This document shows, piece by piece, positions 1 through 18,320 of a DNA stretch of 64,000 nucleotides. The DNA comes from Eledone cirrhosa (lineage: Eukaryota), in NCBI GenBank assembly GCA_964016885.1, contig CAXHJY010000545.1, positions 33,935 through 97,934 on the forward strand. Direction: 5' to 3'. How positions within the stretch are numbered: position 1 is the stretch's first letter; the number at the start of each line of letters is the position of its first letter. Both the position numbers and the translations under genes were made by a program. The notes under the pieces are model-generated. The model worked only from the letters and a program-made list of their open reading frames with translations, ran no database searches and was not told the DNA's origin.

Positions 1-205
1 GTCCAAGCGGGTTGGTATATAACCCGTAGCTCCAATAATCATGGGTATGAAGCTAAAGGTGTATCTTGGATACTGGATTTGTTAACTCCTCATCAATGGT
101 CCGGAGATGTCATCCTTCTCCTGTATTTTTCTGACAACGTTTACATCAAGTGGGCAGCTGATCTCCACAACAGAACACGTTTTCAATGTGTGGTCCCAAA
201 CTACA

Positions 206-209
<4 letters not shown>
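1..209 (-). mobile_element. Fragment of R4/Dong-like RLE non-LTR retrotransposon (endonuclease region), 5'-truncated into TA tract
   Basis: Near-identical to 2077-2285 with a few substitutions; encodes [31 protein letters not shown] on the minus strand; joins the TA tract at an ATAT microhomology; runs off the window edge. Confidence 0.9.
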
Positions 210-236
<27 letters not shown>

Positions 237-392
237 TATATATATATACATATATATATGTATGTATGTATGTATATATATATATACATATATGTATATA
301 TATATATATATACATATATGTATATATATATACATATATGTATATATATATATATACATATATGTATGTATGTATATATATATACATGTATG

Positions 393-437
<45 letters not shown>

Positions 438-916
438 ATATATATACATGTATGTATGTATATATATATATACATGTATGTATGTATGTATGTATGTATG
501 TATGTATGTATATATATATGTATGTATATATATATACATGTATATATATATATATATACATATATGTATGTATATATATATACATGTATATATATATATA
601 TATACATATATGTATATATATATATATACATATATGTATGTATATATATATACATGTATGTATGTATGTATATATATATACATGTATGTATGTATATATA
701 TATACATGTATGTATGTATGTATATATATATACATGTATGTATGTATGTATATATATATGTATGTATGTATATATATATGTATGTATGTATATATATATA
801 CATGTATGTATGTATGTATATATATATGTATGTATATATATATATATACATGTATGTATGTATGTAATTATATATACATGTATGTATGTATATATATATA
901 CATGTATGTATGTATA

Positions 917-949
<33 letters not shown>

Positions 950-1312
950 ATATATATACATGTATGTATGTATATATATATACATGTATGTATGTATATA
1001 TATATACATGTATGTATGTATATATATATACATGTATGTATGTATATATATATACATGTATGTATGTATATATATATACATGTATGTATGTATATATATA
1101 TATATACATGTATGTATGTATGTATGTATATATACATGTATGTATGTATGTATGTATATATATATACATGTATGTATGTATGTATATATATATACATGTA
1201 TGTATGTATGTATATATATATACATGTATGTATGTATGTATATATACATGTATGTATGTATGTATATATACACATGTATGTATGTATGTATATATATATA
1301 TGTATATATATG

Positions 1313-1343
<31 letters not shown>

Positions 1344-1704
1344 GTATGTATATATATATGTATGTATGTATATATATATATATGTATGTATATATATATA
1401 TATGTATGTATATATATATATATGTATGTATATATATATATATATATGTATGTATATGTATGTATGTATGTATATGTATGTATGTATATATATATATGTA
1501 TGTATATATATATGTATGTATATATATATATGTATGTATATATATATATGTATGTATATATGTATGTATGTATATATATATGTATGTATATATATATGTA
1601 TGTATATATATATGTATGTATATATATATGTATGTATATATATATGTATGTATATATATATGTATGTATGTATGTATGTATATATGTATGTATGTATGTA
1701 TGTA

Positions 1705-1740
<36 letters not shown>

Positions 1741-1872
1741 TGTATATATATATGTATGTATGTATGTATGTATATATATATGTATGTATATATATATGTA
1801 TGTATATATATATGTATGTATATATATATGTATGTATATATATATGTATGTATATATGTATGTATGTATATG
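210..1872. repeat. Degenerate (TA)n/(TATG)n/(TACATG) microsatellite tract
   Basis: Direct reading; almost only TA, TATG and TACATG units. Confidence 0.97.
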
Positions 1873-4800
1873 TTTTCTCTTTCTCTTAATTTCGAGTATA
1901 TTTTTTTGACCGGCCACCTTCCTGGTGGCAAGGTTGTAAAAGAAAAGAAATTGTCATCCCTTGAATCGCAAGAATGTTTTGCATATTTTGAAGGTGCCAG
2001 CTATCGCAGCCATTTGTAGACTATGAATTAGGGAGCTGCGCTTTTTGTCCGCAAATCCAAGTTCGGTCATACTTTGGTCCAAGCGGGTTGGTATATAACC
2101 CGTAGCACCAATAATGATGGGTATGAAGCTAAAGGTGTATCTTGGATACTGGATTTGTAAGCTCCTCATCAATGGTCCGTAGATGTCCTCCTTCTCCTGT
2201 ATTTTTCTGACAACGTTTACATCAAGTGGGCAGCTGATCTCCACAACAGAACACGTTTTCAATGTGTGGTCCCAAACTACAATATCAGGCCGGTTGTGCT
2301 TTAATTTGGTGGCAGTTTTTATTTTCAGGTTCCACCAGTATTCCTTAGTGCCATCTGTCTCAATATATTCTTCCTCGTTTGTTGTTAATTTTGTTTTCCG
2401 AAGTGCGTTCCAGATAGTTCTAGCTATCCCATCGTGTCTCATGGGGAGGTAGTAGCGAGATGACATTCTTTCGCAGCTGGCAACAATGTGGCTTACATCC
2501 TCGATCTTTGTTTTACATAGCCTACATTTATTGTCAGCTGCTGGCCCTCCTCTTTTGTGCAGCAGATATTTGGTAGGGAGTTCTTGTTCCTGTATTGCAT
2601 AGAGATATCCCTCAAGGTGTGATGTCATAAACTTGTCGGAACTCCATGCCAGGCTTTTTGAGTGGTTTATCCCCTCTATGGTCTGTGTTTTACGCCTCAA
2701 GTATCCATGCACAACTTTCTCTGTAAATTGGTCAATTTTTTTTTCTTGTTTGAACATTGAATAGGATCTTCCGATTTCTCTGGGTGAGAGATTTATATCA
2801 GGCTTTATTCCATATCTCTCCTCCAGATCAGTCGCTATTCTAATGATATTTCTTTTTTCATGCTCATAAACCTGAGCAAGATGGTCGCCAACCTTTTTCC
2901 TCTGTTGAAGGTGTTGCTTCAGTGTTACTATCCGGGTCTCATATGTTGTTAATATTGATTTTAGACCCCGGCCACCTTCCTTGCGTGAGAAGTATAGCCT
3001 ATCCACATCACCATTGATGTTAAAGTTCCCAGTAACACTGAGAAGTTTACGAGTTCTAACATCCATCTCACTTAGTTCTTGCAATGACCAGTTCAGTAGG
3101 CCAAATGTTGGCGTTATAATTGGCACAGCATAGGTATTGTGGGCAATGTATTTGTTGTATGCTGACAGTTCTGATGACCATATTTTTTTTACTCTTCTGA
3201 GGTATTCAGTTCTGGTTCTCTCCTTATTTATGGGTCCATCATATCTGACATTCTCATCCTGTCCAAGATATCTGTAGTTGTCACCTGACTGCAGAGGTTG
3301 TATTGTCAGGCCGTTCATATCTAGATTTCTAGAGGAGGGCACAGCTCTTCCACGTTTTACTGCCAAATATGCACACTTGGACTCACCAAATTTCATTTTG
3401 ATGTCGGTTGAAAATTGTGTAATGAGGTCCAATTGTTTCTTGATGTCATTGATATTTGGCCCATACAACTTCAGGTCATCAACAAAGAAAAGATGGGAGA
3501 TACTTCTGGGCCCACTTCTTTGTCCACCTTGTTTCCTGAGTAGGTAAGATAGTGGATTCAGTGAGAGAACGAAGAGTAGTACTGACAAGCTACCACCCTG
3601 AAAGATGCCCTTCTGGTAATGTATCCTATCAGTCTTAACCTGCTCCTTCTCACCTCTAAGGATCAAATTGGTGTACCAGTTCTTGGTCAGGCGTTCAACA
3701 GCAGCTACTAATGGTTGTGGGACTTTAGCTAACTGTAAAGCCTTAATAATCCACCCATGAGGTACACTATCAAATGCTTTTTGATAGTCCAGCCACACGA
3801 CAGTCATGTTTCTGCGATTCTTTGTTGTTTTTTCCTGAATCATTTTGTTAGTTAGTAGGTGATCTATGCAACCCCACACCTCCCTCTTTCCACCAGCTTG
3901 CTCAGGTGTTATGATGTTGTTGGTAGCACAGTGATCCTGTAAGAACAGGTTAAGGCACCCAGTATATAATTTATACATGATGTTTTGGCAGGCAATTGGG
4001 CGGTAATTTTTAGCAAGGGTGGTTTGGCTATTTTTGGGAATGAGGAGAGTAGTGGCAGTTGATAACCATCTGGGCAGTTCTTGTGTGCCCTTAATGGTTT
4101 CTGTAAACAGCCGTATGAGATCTTGCCGATAGAAAGTGAAATTCTTCAACCAGTATCCTGTAATGAGGTCTGGGCCTGGCGATTTCCTATTCGACATTTT
4201 CTGTAGAGCTGTTTCCAGTATTGACCCATCTATGTCATATTGTTTTGTCTGGACATGTTGGCAGTAGTCCTGTTCCAGTTGTTTTAGCCAATTAGCTTGT
4301 CTGTTGAATCCGTCATCCGTTTCCCATACAGATCTCCAGTAGTTCTCAACCTGTTCTTTTGAAGGGGTGTCGTTTACAGGGATTGAGCTTTTGCCACCGA
4401 AGCTGCGATAAACTGATTTAGGATCTCTGGCAAACAATCTATTTAGCACTTGTCGTTTATGGGCTGTTGACTTATATTTTAGTCTTTCTGTTGTAGCTGT
4501 GAGTTGTTGTTTCAACTGGTGTAATTTGGAGTTCAAAGTTTTAAATTTGGTATCTCCAAATCGTCTCTCTAACTTTTTCTTTAGGTCTTCCTGGTGTCGT
4601 GTGAAGTTTCTCTCTATGTTGCATTTCATAACGACTGCGATGTGTGAGATACTTCGTCTCAGGGACAAAATTTTGGTTTTTAAATTTCGCATCCACGCTG
4701 GTTCAGGCTTTCTGTTTGTATCTTGATTGCGTGGTTTTAGATGTGTGTTATATGATAGCAATGTGACAGCTGAAACATATAACAAAACATTGAGCGTTTC

Positions 4801-5241
4801 AAATGTCGTTTCTACACCTTTAGATCGTATAGCCTTCAGATAATTGCCAGCTATTTCGTTCACCGCTTCCAATTCCAATTTAGTGGGTTCTTTACTGACT
4901 CTAGTGTTGTATGGTCTGTCACTCACATTAAGGCTGTGTATCTCTTGAAACATATCGTTCCATATCACTTGTAGGGTGCCCACAAGTTTTTGGTGCTCTG
5001 TTTGTTCAGTAGAGTCATGAATTGCAGCCTCGTTGTTGATGTGGTGACAATTACTACTAGAGTCAGCTGACCTTTCTCGCTGTTCTTCAGTGGAAGTGGG
5101 ATGGATTTCAGCAAAATTGTTGGTGAGCTGTTCACTGTTAGATTTAGCCGGCCATTCTCTTTGTCTGTCAGTGGAGGTGGGGTGGTTGTCTACAAGGGCT
5201 GTATTTGTAGTATCACTCGATTCCGTTAGATGTATCAATTT
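1873..5241 (-). mobile_element. R4/Dong-like non-LTR retrotransposon with restriction-like endonuclease, 5'-truncated
   Basis: RT + CCHC + PD-(D/E)xK ORF; short 3' UTR 1873-1953 with hairpin GCCACC-TTCCT-GGTGGC; both ends abut TA tracts. Confidence 0.9.
1954..5241 (-). CDS. Reverse transcriptase + zinc knuckle + restriction-like endonuclease (uninterrupted ~1095 codons, native start lost)
   Basis: [58 protein letters not shown]; [14 protein letters not shown]; RHD; [15 protein letters not shown]. The IY-repeat N-terminus in the ORF track is microsatellite. Confidence 0.9.
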   Translation of the reverse strand, partial: KLIHLTESSDTTNTALVDNHPTSTDRQREWPAKSNSEQLTNNFAEIHPTSTEEQRERSADSSSNCHHINNEAAIHDSTEQTEHQKLVGTLQVIWNDMFQEIHSLNVSDRPYNTRVSKEPTKLELEAVNEIAGNYLKAIRSKGVETTFETLNVLLYVSAVTLLSYNTHLKPRNQDTNRKPEPAWMRNLKTKILSLRRSISHIAVVMKCNIERNFTRHQEDLKKKLERRFGDTKFKTLNSKLHQLKQQLTATTERLKYKSTAHKRQVLNRLFARDPKSVYRSFGGKSSIPVNDTPSKEQVENYWRSVWETDDGFNRQANWLKQLEQDYCQHVQTKQYDIDGSILETALQKMSNRKSPGPDLITGYWLKNFTFYRQDLIRLFTETIKGTQELPRWLSTATTLLIPKNSQTTLAKNYRPIACQNIMYKLYTGCLNLFLQDHCATNNIITPEQAGGKREVWGCIDHLLTNKMIQEKTTKNRRNMTVVWLDYQKAFDSVPHGWIIKALQLAKVPQPLVAAVERLTKNWYTNLILRGEKEQVKTDRIHYQKGIFQGGSLSVLLFVLSLNPLSYLLRKQGGQRSGPRSISHLFFVDDLKLYGPNINDIKKQLDLITQFSTDIKMKFGESKCAYLAVKRGRAVPSSRNLDMNGLTIQPLQSGDNYRYLGQDENVRYDGPINKERTRTEYLRRVKKIWSSELSAYNKYIAHNTYAVPIITPTFGLLNWSLQELSEMDVRTRKLLSVTGNFNINGDVDRLYFSRKEGGRGLKSILTTYETRIVTLKQHLQQRKKVGDHLAQVYEHEKRNIIRIATDLEERYGIKPDINLSPREIGRSYSMFKQEKKIDQFTEKVVHGYLRRKTQTIEGINHSKSLAWSSDKFMTSHLEGYLYAIQEQELPTKYLLHKRGGPAADNKCRLCKTKIEDVSHIVASCERMSSRYYLPMRHDGIARTIWNALRKTKLTTNEEEYIETDGTKEYWWNLKIKTATKLKHNRPDIVVWDHTLKTCSVVEISCPLDVNVVRKIQEKEDIYGPLMRSLQIQYPRYTFSFIPIIIGATGYIPTRLDQSMTELGFADKKRSSLIHSLQMAAIAGTFKICKTFLRFKG

Positions 5242-5463
5242 ATATGTATGTATATATGTATGTATGTATATATGTATGTATGTATATATGTATATATATA
5301 TATATGTATGTATATATGTATGTATATATATATGTATGTATATATATATGTATGTATATATATATGTATGTATATATATATATGTATGTATATATATATA
5401 TGTATGTATATGTATGTATATATATATATGTATATATATATATGTATATATATATATGTATGT

Positions 5464-5497
<34 letters not shown>

Positions 5498-5499
5498 GT

Positions 5500-5565
<66 letters not shown>

Positions 5566-5793
5566 GTATATATATGTATGTATGTATATATATGTATGTA
5601 TGTATATATATGTATGTATGTATATATATATATATATGTATATATATGTATGTATGTATATATATATATATATACATGTATGTATGTATATATATACATA
5701 TATACATATATGTATATATATACATATATATATGTATGTATGTATGTATATATACATGTATGTATGTATATATATATATATATGTATGTATAC
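5242..5793. repeat. (TA)n/(TATG)n tract
   Basis: Direct reading. Confidence 0.95.
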
Positions 5794-5959
5794 ATATTGT
5801 TATACTTTAGGAGGGTCATGTTGCCAATAAGAAACACACGCACCAGTTGCTTTCACTTCAATTTATTATATATTTATAAATTTATAAATTGACAAATCTA
5901 CAAACTTATAAATTTCTGGTTGGTTGGTTGGTTCCACAACCAGATAGTTGTTTATATAT

Positions 5960-6004
5960 AGTCATAGTCCTTTCGTCACACACTCTGTGACCTCTTCAGT
6001 GACT
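5960..6004 (-). ncRNA. Minimal type I hammerhead ribozyme in PLE pseudo-LTR
   Basis: AGUCA-CUGAAGA-G-GUCACA(GAGUG)UGUGAC-GAAA-GGAC-UA-UGACU: 5-bp stem I, 6-bp stem II, minimal stem III, CUA cleavage triplet. Confidence 0.8.
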
Positions 6005-6201
6005 GGGGATTCCTTTCTTTGTTTCTGTGCCTTTCCTTTCTTCTGTCCTACGCCATTTTGTTTCTGTGTGTGCTCAGTTTGCGCATGCGCCACATCCGGG
6101 TGTCTGTGTGTGTTTGTGTTCATTTATCTATCTGTTTATTTATTTACATGTTGTTGGTTGGTTGTTTGTTCTATGTGTGTGTGTGTGTTTTCATTTTGTC
6201 C

Positions 6202-9200
6202 TTAATTGTAAGTTATGATGTTGCTGTTCCACTCATATTTTCTATTTAATTTTGGTTGTAATTCTTTTATGCTTACTGCCTCTGTAATTTGCCTAAACAT
6301 TGCATCTTTTCTGTGTGTGGATTCTATTTTTATTTCTATGTTCTCTAATTTACCCTTGTGTTCTATCTTAGCATGTTGGTAGAGTACAGATGATTCTTTA
6401 TTATCTTGAAGGTCTCGCCAGTGTTCATTTATCCGTTCCCCTATGCTACGAGCTGTCTCACCTATGTACACTATATTTTTGTTTCTACATTGTCCTTCAG
6501 TACATCTTATGCTATACACCACATTTCTAGTTTTACAGTTAATATGGGGGCTTATTTTACAGGTTATACATTTCTTATCTATACATGAGGGTCTTTGAAA
6601 CGGGTATATCTTGCTAATAAGTGTTTTTACGGAGGTACCTGGTCTTTCTACTATCTTAATATTGAGTTTATGATTATTTAGGGCCCTTCTAAATTTGTAG
6701 GCTAGTTCGCCTCTAGGGGTTGTATTGATGAACATTACACTCTGGTATTTATTGCTATCATACCATGAGTTTATTCTATTGGCCTTATTCCTAGTTCTTT
6801 CTATTCTATTCCAAAATTTGCTCCTATACAGGGGGCAGGTCCCATTTGTGTCATTATTTACCATTTTTTCCCATTTGGTTCTGGCTCCTCTATACACACT
6901 GATTCTATCTCTCTGATTGTAGCCAGTGAACTGCATACGGTGGATGAAGTGTTGTACATGTCTCTCTAGTTCTTCGGGGTTGCACATGCGGGACACATTT
7001 CTCATCACGCGTACCAAATCCGCAATCAGTATGTTGATTTTGGTATGGTCCGAAATGGCCGAGTTTCGGTGGATCAGATGTTTAGAAGTCATGGGTTTGG
7101 CGTAATGGGAATGGAGGATTTGTTTTTGGTTGTTAATGGTATCTAACCAGAGCTTTTTATCTAGTACAGGTAATCGATGGTTGGGGTGTCTACTTGGGTA
7201 GTCTATAGTAACTCTAATGCTCTGGTGGATGGAGTTTGCTATTTGCTGGATGCTTTCCATTGTGTTTTTTTCTAGTTCCTGACTGTTCTTTAGTGGGGGT
7301 GTCTTAACTACGATGTTTATATCATCTACGTAGCGGGTGTACATTATCAGGGTTAAGCTGTCTTCTAATTGTTCATTAAGTTTTTGTTTAAGTCTACTGT
7401 CCCACCATACCATGAATAAGTTAGCTATGTCGCCTGCAATGCTAACACCAATGGCTGCTCCTTCCTCTTGGGCATATGTTTTCCTTAAGGGTTAATTTTA
7501 TGCTGGCCCCTACCGCATGTGCAATCATTTTCTTCAGTTCATCGTGATTTTCGGGTGTCCGTATGGCTCTGGTCCACCCGTTCCATCTATCTGTGTGGGT
7601 TTTCTTGGCCATTGAGCTAATGGTAGGTGGTCTGCCTCTTGTTGGTCTTGTAGGGCACAGGTTGCTAAGGTCATAAGTGTCTAGGTAACTATTACTATGG
7701 GTAAGCTTAATTAGAAGTCCCAGCTCACTGGTATCAATCCCACGGAACTCAACCTTGTTCTCGCTGATCATTTCTACGCATTTCTCCACAGCAAAATCCA
7801 CGTCAATAGATGGATACAGGGACACAACATCCATACTGCCTATTATGCAGTTTGTTAGGTCCCCAGATCGGTTACCCTCGCCGATTCTGCTGAGGAGGTC
7901 CTCCGTGCTGTCACATACATCTGGGGACATCTCAATGATGGGGCGTATGATCAGGGAGAGGAAGTAGGACAGTCTGTAGTTACTAGCAATGTTAGCTCCA
8001 CAGACTGGCCGTGTTGGTGGTCCCGCGACAGGCTCACAGCCCGTTTTATGGTCTTTTCGAAGCCCATACAACGCCGGCACGTCATTGTTCCAGGCCTGGA
8101 AGTTGTTGGCAGTCCTTTTGTTGGGCTGCATTATATTCGTCCACATCACCATATGGGCATTGAGGGCTTTTTCTCTATCCTCATGCTCCTGTGGTGTTAC
8201 CTCTCTTGTGTTAGTGATGTGGGGTTGCATTGCCTGGATGTAGTTTGGCAGGCTGTCAACCGACATTCTGCCAGACTTGTCTGTTGGAAAGCATGCTATC
8301 TCTCCATTACGTGAGCGCTGCATGAGCTTACGCAAGCCATTTGCAGATTTTTCTCCCAGTTGCTGGGCCTCTATTCTATTATGCTTCTTGCTATACTGTT
8401 CTATAATATTTCTAAGTTCGGATCTAGCTATACTAAATTGTACTTCTGTTTGTTCATCGACCTGCGACGGCAACTGCGTGCGTTTGTTAAATGGTAAAGT
8501 CGTGGCGTGGACTCGTCGCAGGTCGAATGATTTATCGGAGGGATTATAAAACGGAGAGTTCCAGGCTGCTGCTTTATGTGTACTAGTGCTATTGTTATTG
8601 TTAGTTGTGTTGTTTCTATTTCTATTTCCACCAACAGCCTCATGGTTGTTTCTATGTCTCTCATAATTACTCCTGTCTCTTTCCACTGGCTCAATGTTGT
8701 TATCTACCTTATTTTGTGTGTCTGTGTGTTCGTCTTGGTTATTCTCTTTGTCCTTAGTCTCCCATCTCCTTTTCTTTTTAATCTTATTACTTTCCCTTAT
8801 TTCTCTGATTTCTGTGCTACTGTCATTACTTGTTTTCTGTGTCTGTGTGTTTGTTAAGATTGTGGTGGTGGTGAGAGGCATTGAATGCGTGTGTGTTGTT
8901 GTTGTTGATGTGTGCTGTTGTTGATGTGTGTGTTGTTGTTATTGTTGTTTGTGTCTGTGTGTCTGTTGTTGTTGGGATGTGTGTTGTATATGTGTGTGTG
9001 TATATTGTTGCTTTTGTTTTTGATGCTCCAGTGTAGTTTTGTAAATGATTTTTCTATTTCTGACAGACAACTAATCATATTTACCTTCTTGAATGTCGCA
9101 AATTTCGGCGGCAGACATAACACAGACATTTCATCATTATCTATTTTTGCGTTCCCATATATGTTGGTGTTTTTGTTGTTGAACTCTTCTGATAATGAGG

Positions 9201-9645
9201 TGTCGGCCATGTTGATACCGTCAATTTTGTCGGGATATCTATTGGTATACTCTATAGTATCCTGATTTAGTTTCCTGTTAAAGTGCTTATCACATTCTTG
9301 AGTAATGTACTGTTCTTCAGGGCTTATAAGGCTTATAAATATTAGTTTCTCTCTTGGTTTGGTGATCCTAGCTATTTCTTGTATTAGGTTACGCTTTTGT
9401 TTTTCTTGATTACTTAATTCTCTATAGATCTTCTTTTTTCTGTTTAGAATTAATGTTCGTTTTAGCCTATCTGCTTGTTTTTTGGTGAGTTGTAATCTTC
9501 TAACGTCGGTATTGATGGTGTTGGTGTAGATTCTGGACGAGGCACACAGCTTTATGAAGTATAGTTGTCGAGATGTTATGGTTTTTCGTAGACAACAGAA
9601 CATGGTGGTTTTCAGTATCTTGTTAGCAAGGCTAAGGCTTACGAT
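6202..9645 (-). pseudogene. PLE RT-GIY-YIG polyprotein broken into three ORFs (8854-9603, 7442-8881, 6202-7413)
   Basis: 115-bp deletion relative to copy B in the Asn/Thr/His low-complexity region (~8900); second frameshift at ~7475 between KENI and [11 protein letters not shown]. Confidence 0.88.
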
Positions 9646-10860
9646 ATTTGGTACGGGTGATGAGAAATGTGTCCCGCATGTGCAACCCCGAAGAACTAGA
9701 GAGACACATACAACACTTCATCCACCGTATGCAGTTCTCTGGCTACAATCAGAGAGATAGAATCAGAGTGTATACAGGAGCCAGAACCAAATGGGAAAAA
9801 ATGGTAAATAATGACATAAATGGGACCTGCCCCTTGTATAAGAGCAAATTTTGGAATAGAATAGGAACAAGGCCAATAGGCCTGATATAGGCCTGGTATG
9901 ATAGCAATAAATACCAGAGTGTAATATTCATCAATACAACCCCTAGAGGCGAACTAGTCTACAAATTTAGAAGGGCCCTAAATAAATATAAACTCAATAT
10001 TAAGATAGTAGAAAGACCAGGTACCTCCGTAAAAACACATATTAGCAAGACATACCCGTTCCAAAGACCCCCATGTATAGATAAGAAATGTATAACCTGT
10101 AAAATAAGCCCCCATGTTAACTGTAAAACTAGAAATGTAGTGTATAGCATAAGATGTACTGAAGGACAATGTAGAAACAAAAATATAGTGTACATAGGTG
10201 AGACAGCTCGTAGTATAGGGGAACGGATAAATGAACACTGGCGAGACCTTCAAGATAATAAAGAATCATCTGTATTCTACCAACATGCTAAAATAGAACA
10301 CAAGGGTAAATTAGAGAACATAGATATAAAAATAGAATCCACACACAGAAAAGATGCAATGTTTACGCAAATTACAGAGGCAGTAAGCATAAAAGAATTA
10401 CAACCAAAATTAAATAGAAAATATGAGTGGAACAGCAACATCACAACTTACAATTAAGGACAAAATGAAAACACACACACACATAGAACAAACAACCAAC
10501 CAATAACATGTAAATAAATAAACAAATAGATAAATGAACACACACACACACAGACACCCGGATGTGGCGCGTGCGCAAACTGATCACACAACACACACAC
10601 AGAAAGAAAATGGCGTAGGACAGAAGAAAGGAGAGGCACAGAAACAAAGAAAGGAATCCCCAGTCACTGAAGAGGTCACAGAGTGTGTGACGAAAGGACT
10701 ATGACTATATATAAACAACTATCTGGTTGTGGAACCAACCAACCAGAAATTTATAAATTTGTCGATTTGTAAATTTATAAATATATAATAAATTGAAGTG
10801 AAAGCAACAGGTGCGTGTGTTTCTTATTGGCAACATGACCCTCCCAAAGAATAAAAATAT
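9646..10860 (+). mobile_element. Inverted 3' portion of the same PLE (thumb, GIY-YIG, pseudo-LTR) fused head-to-head to copy A
   Basis: Matches ~43233-44464; junction at ATTT(G) microhomology 9646-9650; local lesion near 9860-9895 breaks the frame. Confidence 0.92.
10662..10706 (+). ncRNA. Minimal type I hammerhead ribozyme in PLE pseudo-LTR
   Basis: agtca ctgaaga g gtcaca gagtg tgtgac gaaa ggac ta tgact. Confidence 0.8.
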
Positions 10861-15583
<4,723 letters not shown>

Positions 15584-15637
15584 TGTTAGAACACGAAAAG
15601 TGTGAAACACAGAATGTTCACTTTTCGTGTTCTAACA
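15584..15637. repeat. Perfect 19-bp inverted repeat with 16-nt spacer at the TA-tract edge
   Basis: TGTTAGAACACGAAAAGTG (15584-15602) / CACTTTTCGTGTTCTAACA (15619-15637). Confidence 0.9.
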
Positions 15638-16174
15638 TATATGCGTAGCTTCTCTAAAAATTTTTCGGGGATAGCCGTGGTGGTGGTGATCGTATGTCAT
15701 TGGCTAATTTTCAACCAATCAGAGTACCTCTCTCTATATCTCTTCCACTGTTACTTACGCCTGTTTCTCTCTATCTGTTCCGTCTCTATTTATATCTCTT
15801 ACTCTTTCGCTTTGCACTCCTCCCCTTCAATACCTCTCTCCCCCTCTCTATATATTTGTTACTCTATCGCTGCACGCTCCTCTCCTTCAATATATCAATT
15901 ACACACGCTTTACACTCCTTTATCCCCAGCGCCCCTATATATACACCCCCCCTCTCCCCCATCTATATTTTAATGTACCGTTGCACCGTGAATATATGTG
16001 TCTATATATATATATATACATATATATTGTATATACACATTCATGTATGTGTATACACACTCATGTATGTATATACACTGGTTTTATGTGTGTATTGTAA
16101 ATTTGTACTGTTAAAACACGAAACTAACATTCGATTGACACTTTGATTACCTGTACAGGCAATAGTTATTAGAA

Positions 16175-16215
16175 TGCTGTTGAAGTGTGTATATATTTTT
16201 GGGGGACATCCTGTA
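16175..16215 (-). mobile_element. Possible solitary Tc1/mariner-type terminal inverted repeat remnant
   Basis: Minus strand reads TA-CAGGATGTCCCCCAAAAATATATACACACTT, resembling TACAGGGTGTCCC-type ends; no partner TIR seen. Confidence 0.35.
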
Positions 16216-16574
16216 TATACACACATTATATATAATACAATAAACAGATAAATACACACATATATATATGAGCTTATTTAATTATAAATATTGTGAATTT
16301 TTAACTCAGTTCAATTATATATATAAATGGCTTCTACAGGACTAGAACTGTTTCATTCGAAAGAAATCATCATAATATTGAGAGGGGGGACTAGATAAAA
16401 TATTTCAAATCAAATGTGTATAAGTTATAAGTTAAAATGTATAAATAGAGACGATAGTGGAGGTATATCTGTTTAGTGGAACAGTAGACGATAGAATTAA
16501 ATACAGACGAGAATCTCCCTTTAATGAAACAGCAAACGATAGAATTAAGGCAATTTAAATTTTAAGCATTTGCA

Positions 16575-16632
16575 TTTTTGCCTTTCATCGTTACGGGGTC
16601 GATAAAATAAAGTACCAGTAATACACTGTCAC
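16575..16632 (+). mobile_element. SINE central-domain fragment
   Basis: TTTGCCTTTCATCGTTACGGGGTCGATAAAATAAAGTACCAGTAAT; shares TCGATAAAATAAAGTACCAGTAAT with ~17704-17727. Confidence 0.7.
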
Positions 16633-16987
16633 TAGACGACTTTCAAATTGAATTGTTGGTTCCATTTCTTTAGTATTTTCAATTGTAGTTATCTACTTAA
16701 AAAGCGTTACACGGTTAGAGACATAATTCGTAAGTTATATCTTCCCTATTAAACCATTGCATTATTTCGCCTACAATAGAACAAAAATGAAATGTTCTTT
16801 AAAGAAACAGGAATATAACTTTATAAAAAAAAAAGTTGCATCCGCTTCTTTTATCATTGATAATTTTTTCGTTTTAATATTAATTGTTTTTTGTAGTTGT
16901 TTATATTAAAAATCTTACTGTAATATTTACTTAAACGAAGGCAGACATCTAAACTTATAGATTAATCTTGAGCGAAGGACTAGATAA

Positions 16988-17055
<68 letters not shown>

Positions 17056-17457
17056 CGAAGAATGATAACATTTCAAGCAAAGAGTTTAATTAGGTAATGA
17101 CTTACAAATTTGTTTCAGTATATAGACAAAGCCTGAAGCGCTAATTATAATAATTAGTTAATAATATTACAAAATATATTAATATTATATTAAATATATA
17201 CTGAAACCAATCAGTTTAGCAGAAAGTTTCCAGACAAGAAACACGCATATTTTGCTATCCTCAAACACGTTTACACATGGCATGAAATATAACTAATCCG
17301 AGATGGCTAGGTTTCATCTTCTAACTGGATATACGAAATCCATTATGTCTTGACAACAACATGAGGTAACATTATGTTATTCACAGACACACTTTGTACA
17401 CTGTTCCATATCAGAATGTATTTCCTTCGTCACATTCACAAACAGTATCGAAAATAT

Positions 17458-17539
17458 GTTCTTCGGCAAATAAAAATGTTTTGTTCATAATATTTCAAGT
17501 TCTTCGGCAAATAAAAATGTTTTGTTCATAATATTTCAA
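17458..17539. repeat. 41-bp perfect tandem duplication
   Basis: GTTCTTCGGCAAATAAAAATGTTTTGTTCATAATATTTCAA x2. Confidence 0.9.
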
Positions 17540-17579
17540 CTAGCGATTGCTCTACTCCACGCACGACCACCATAAATTA

Positions 17580-17770
17580 ATGACCAGCTCAACACAAGTA
17601 TTGGTAGAGCGTCAGACACCATGCTTTGCAGTATTGTTATGGTCCTTTGCATTCTAAGTTCAAATCCTGCCGAGGTTAACTTCGACTTTCATACTTACTA
17701 ATTCGATAAAATAAAGTACCAGTAATGGACTGCCGTAATGGATTTGTGCCGAAAAATAGAAACACTATTA
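17580..17770 (+). mobile_element. Degenerate tRNA-derived SINE
   Basis: A-box-like TGGTAGAGCG, B-box GTTCAAATCC, then CGAGGTTAACTT..TTTCAT..TCGATAAAATAAAGTACCAG core; resembles abundant octopus SINEs (from memory). Confidence 0.7.
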
Positions 17771-18320
17771 ATGTGCAATAAGAGCAAAATATAACGACAT
17801 TGCTCAATTATTTTATCTAATGTTGTAATAACACAAGGAAATGTTGTTTGTGTATTTTTTTTTATATTTGCTCATAGGCTTTTACAATTTCGCTCAGCCA
17901 ACAACTATTAAAAAGTGAGTTGCTTAAGATAACAATTTAATCACAAATTGTTGCTATCTTTTAATACACTCCAACAAGTCATCAAATTATGTACAATAAA
18001 AACAAATCTTATTAATTTGCTCAGGGAATATAAAGAAAATGTATATACACTGATAATTGCAATTGTATGTAAATATTTTGTTTTTGTATTGTATATTTTA
18101 TGTTTTCTATTATGTATAATATATTGATTTAATATTGATTGTTTTTTGTAGTTGTTTATATTAAAAGTCTGAAAATATTTTTATACATCTTGCACTAATA
18201 TTTATAAGATAATTTATAATAACAATTACATAATCTAATTACATTACAACGATAATTTATTATTAATATATATCCTGTTTAACTAGAGTTATTACAAGCG
18301 TTGCCTTAAAAAAATATTAA

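Larger units (their letters stand above)
5794..9650 (-). mobile_element. Penelope-like element copy A (probably Naiad clade), 5'-truncated, two frameshifts
   Basis: [61 protein letters not shown], Cys-rich linker, VVY..YIGET..ER..EH GIY-YIG; 3' pseudo-LTR with hammerhead that ends just after the ORF start ATGACCCTCC. Confidence 0.92.

Noticed and set aside
15690-15730. Inverted CCAAT pair (CATTGG…CCAATC) as a host promoter
   Set aside because: No downstream gene or exon evidence; short motifs are insufficient.
17595-17675. tRNA gene
   Set aside because: A/B-box-like motifs only, no cloverleaf, followed by a SINE core.
16875-18170. ~40-bp AT-rich direct repeat (TAATATT.ATTGTTTTTTGTAGTTGTTTATATTAAAA) at ~16875 and ~18130 as LTRs
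   Set aside because: Too short, no TG..CA ends, no PBS or PPT.
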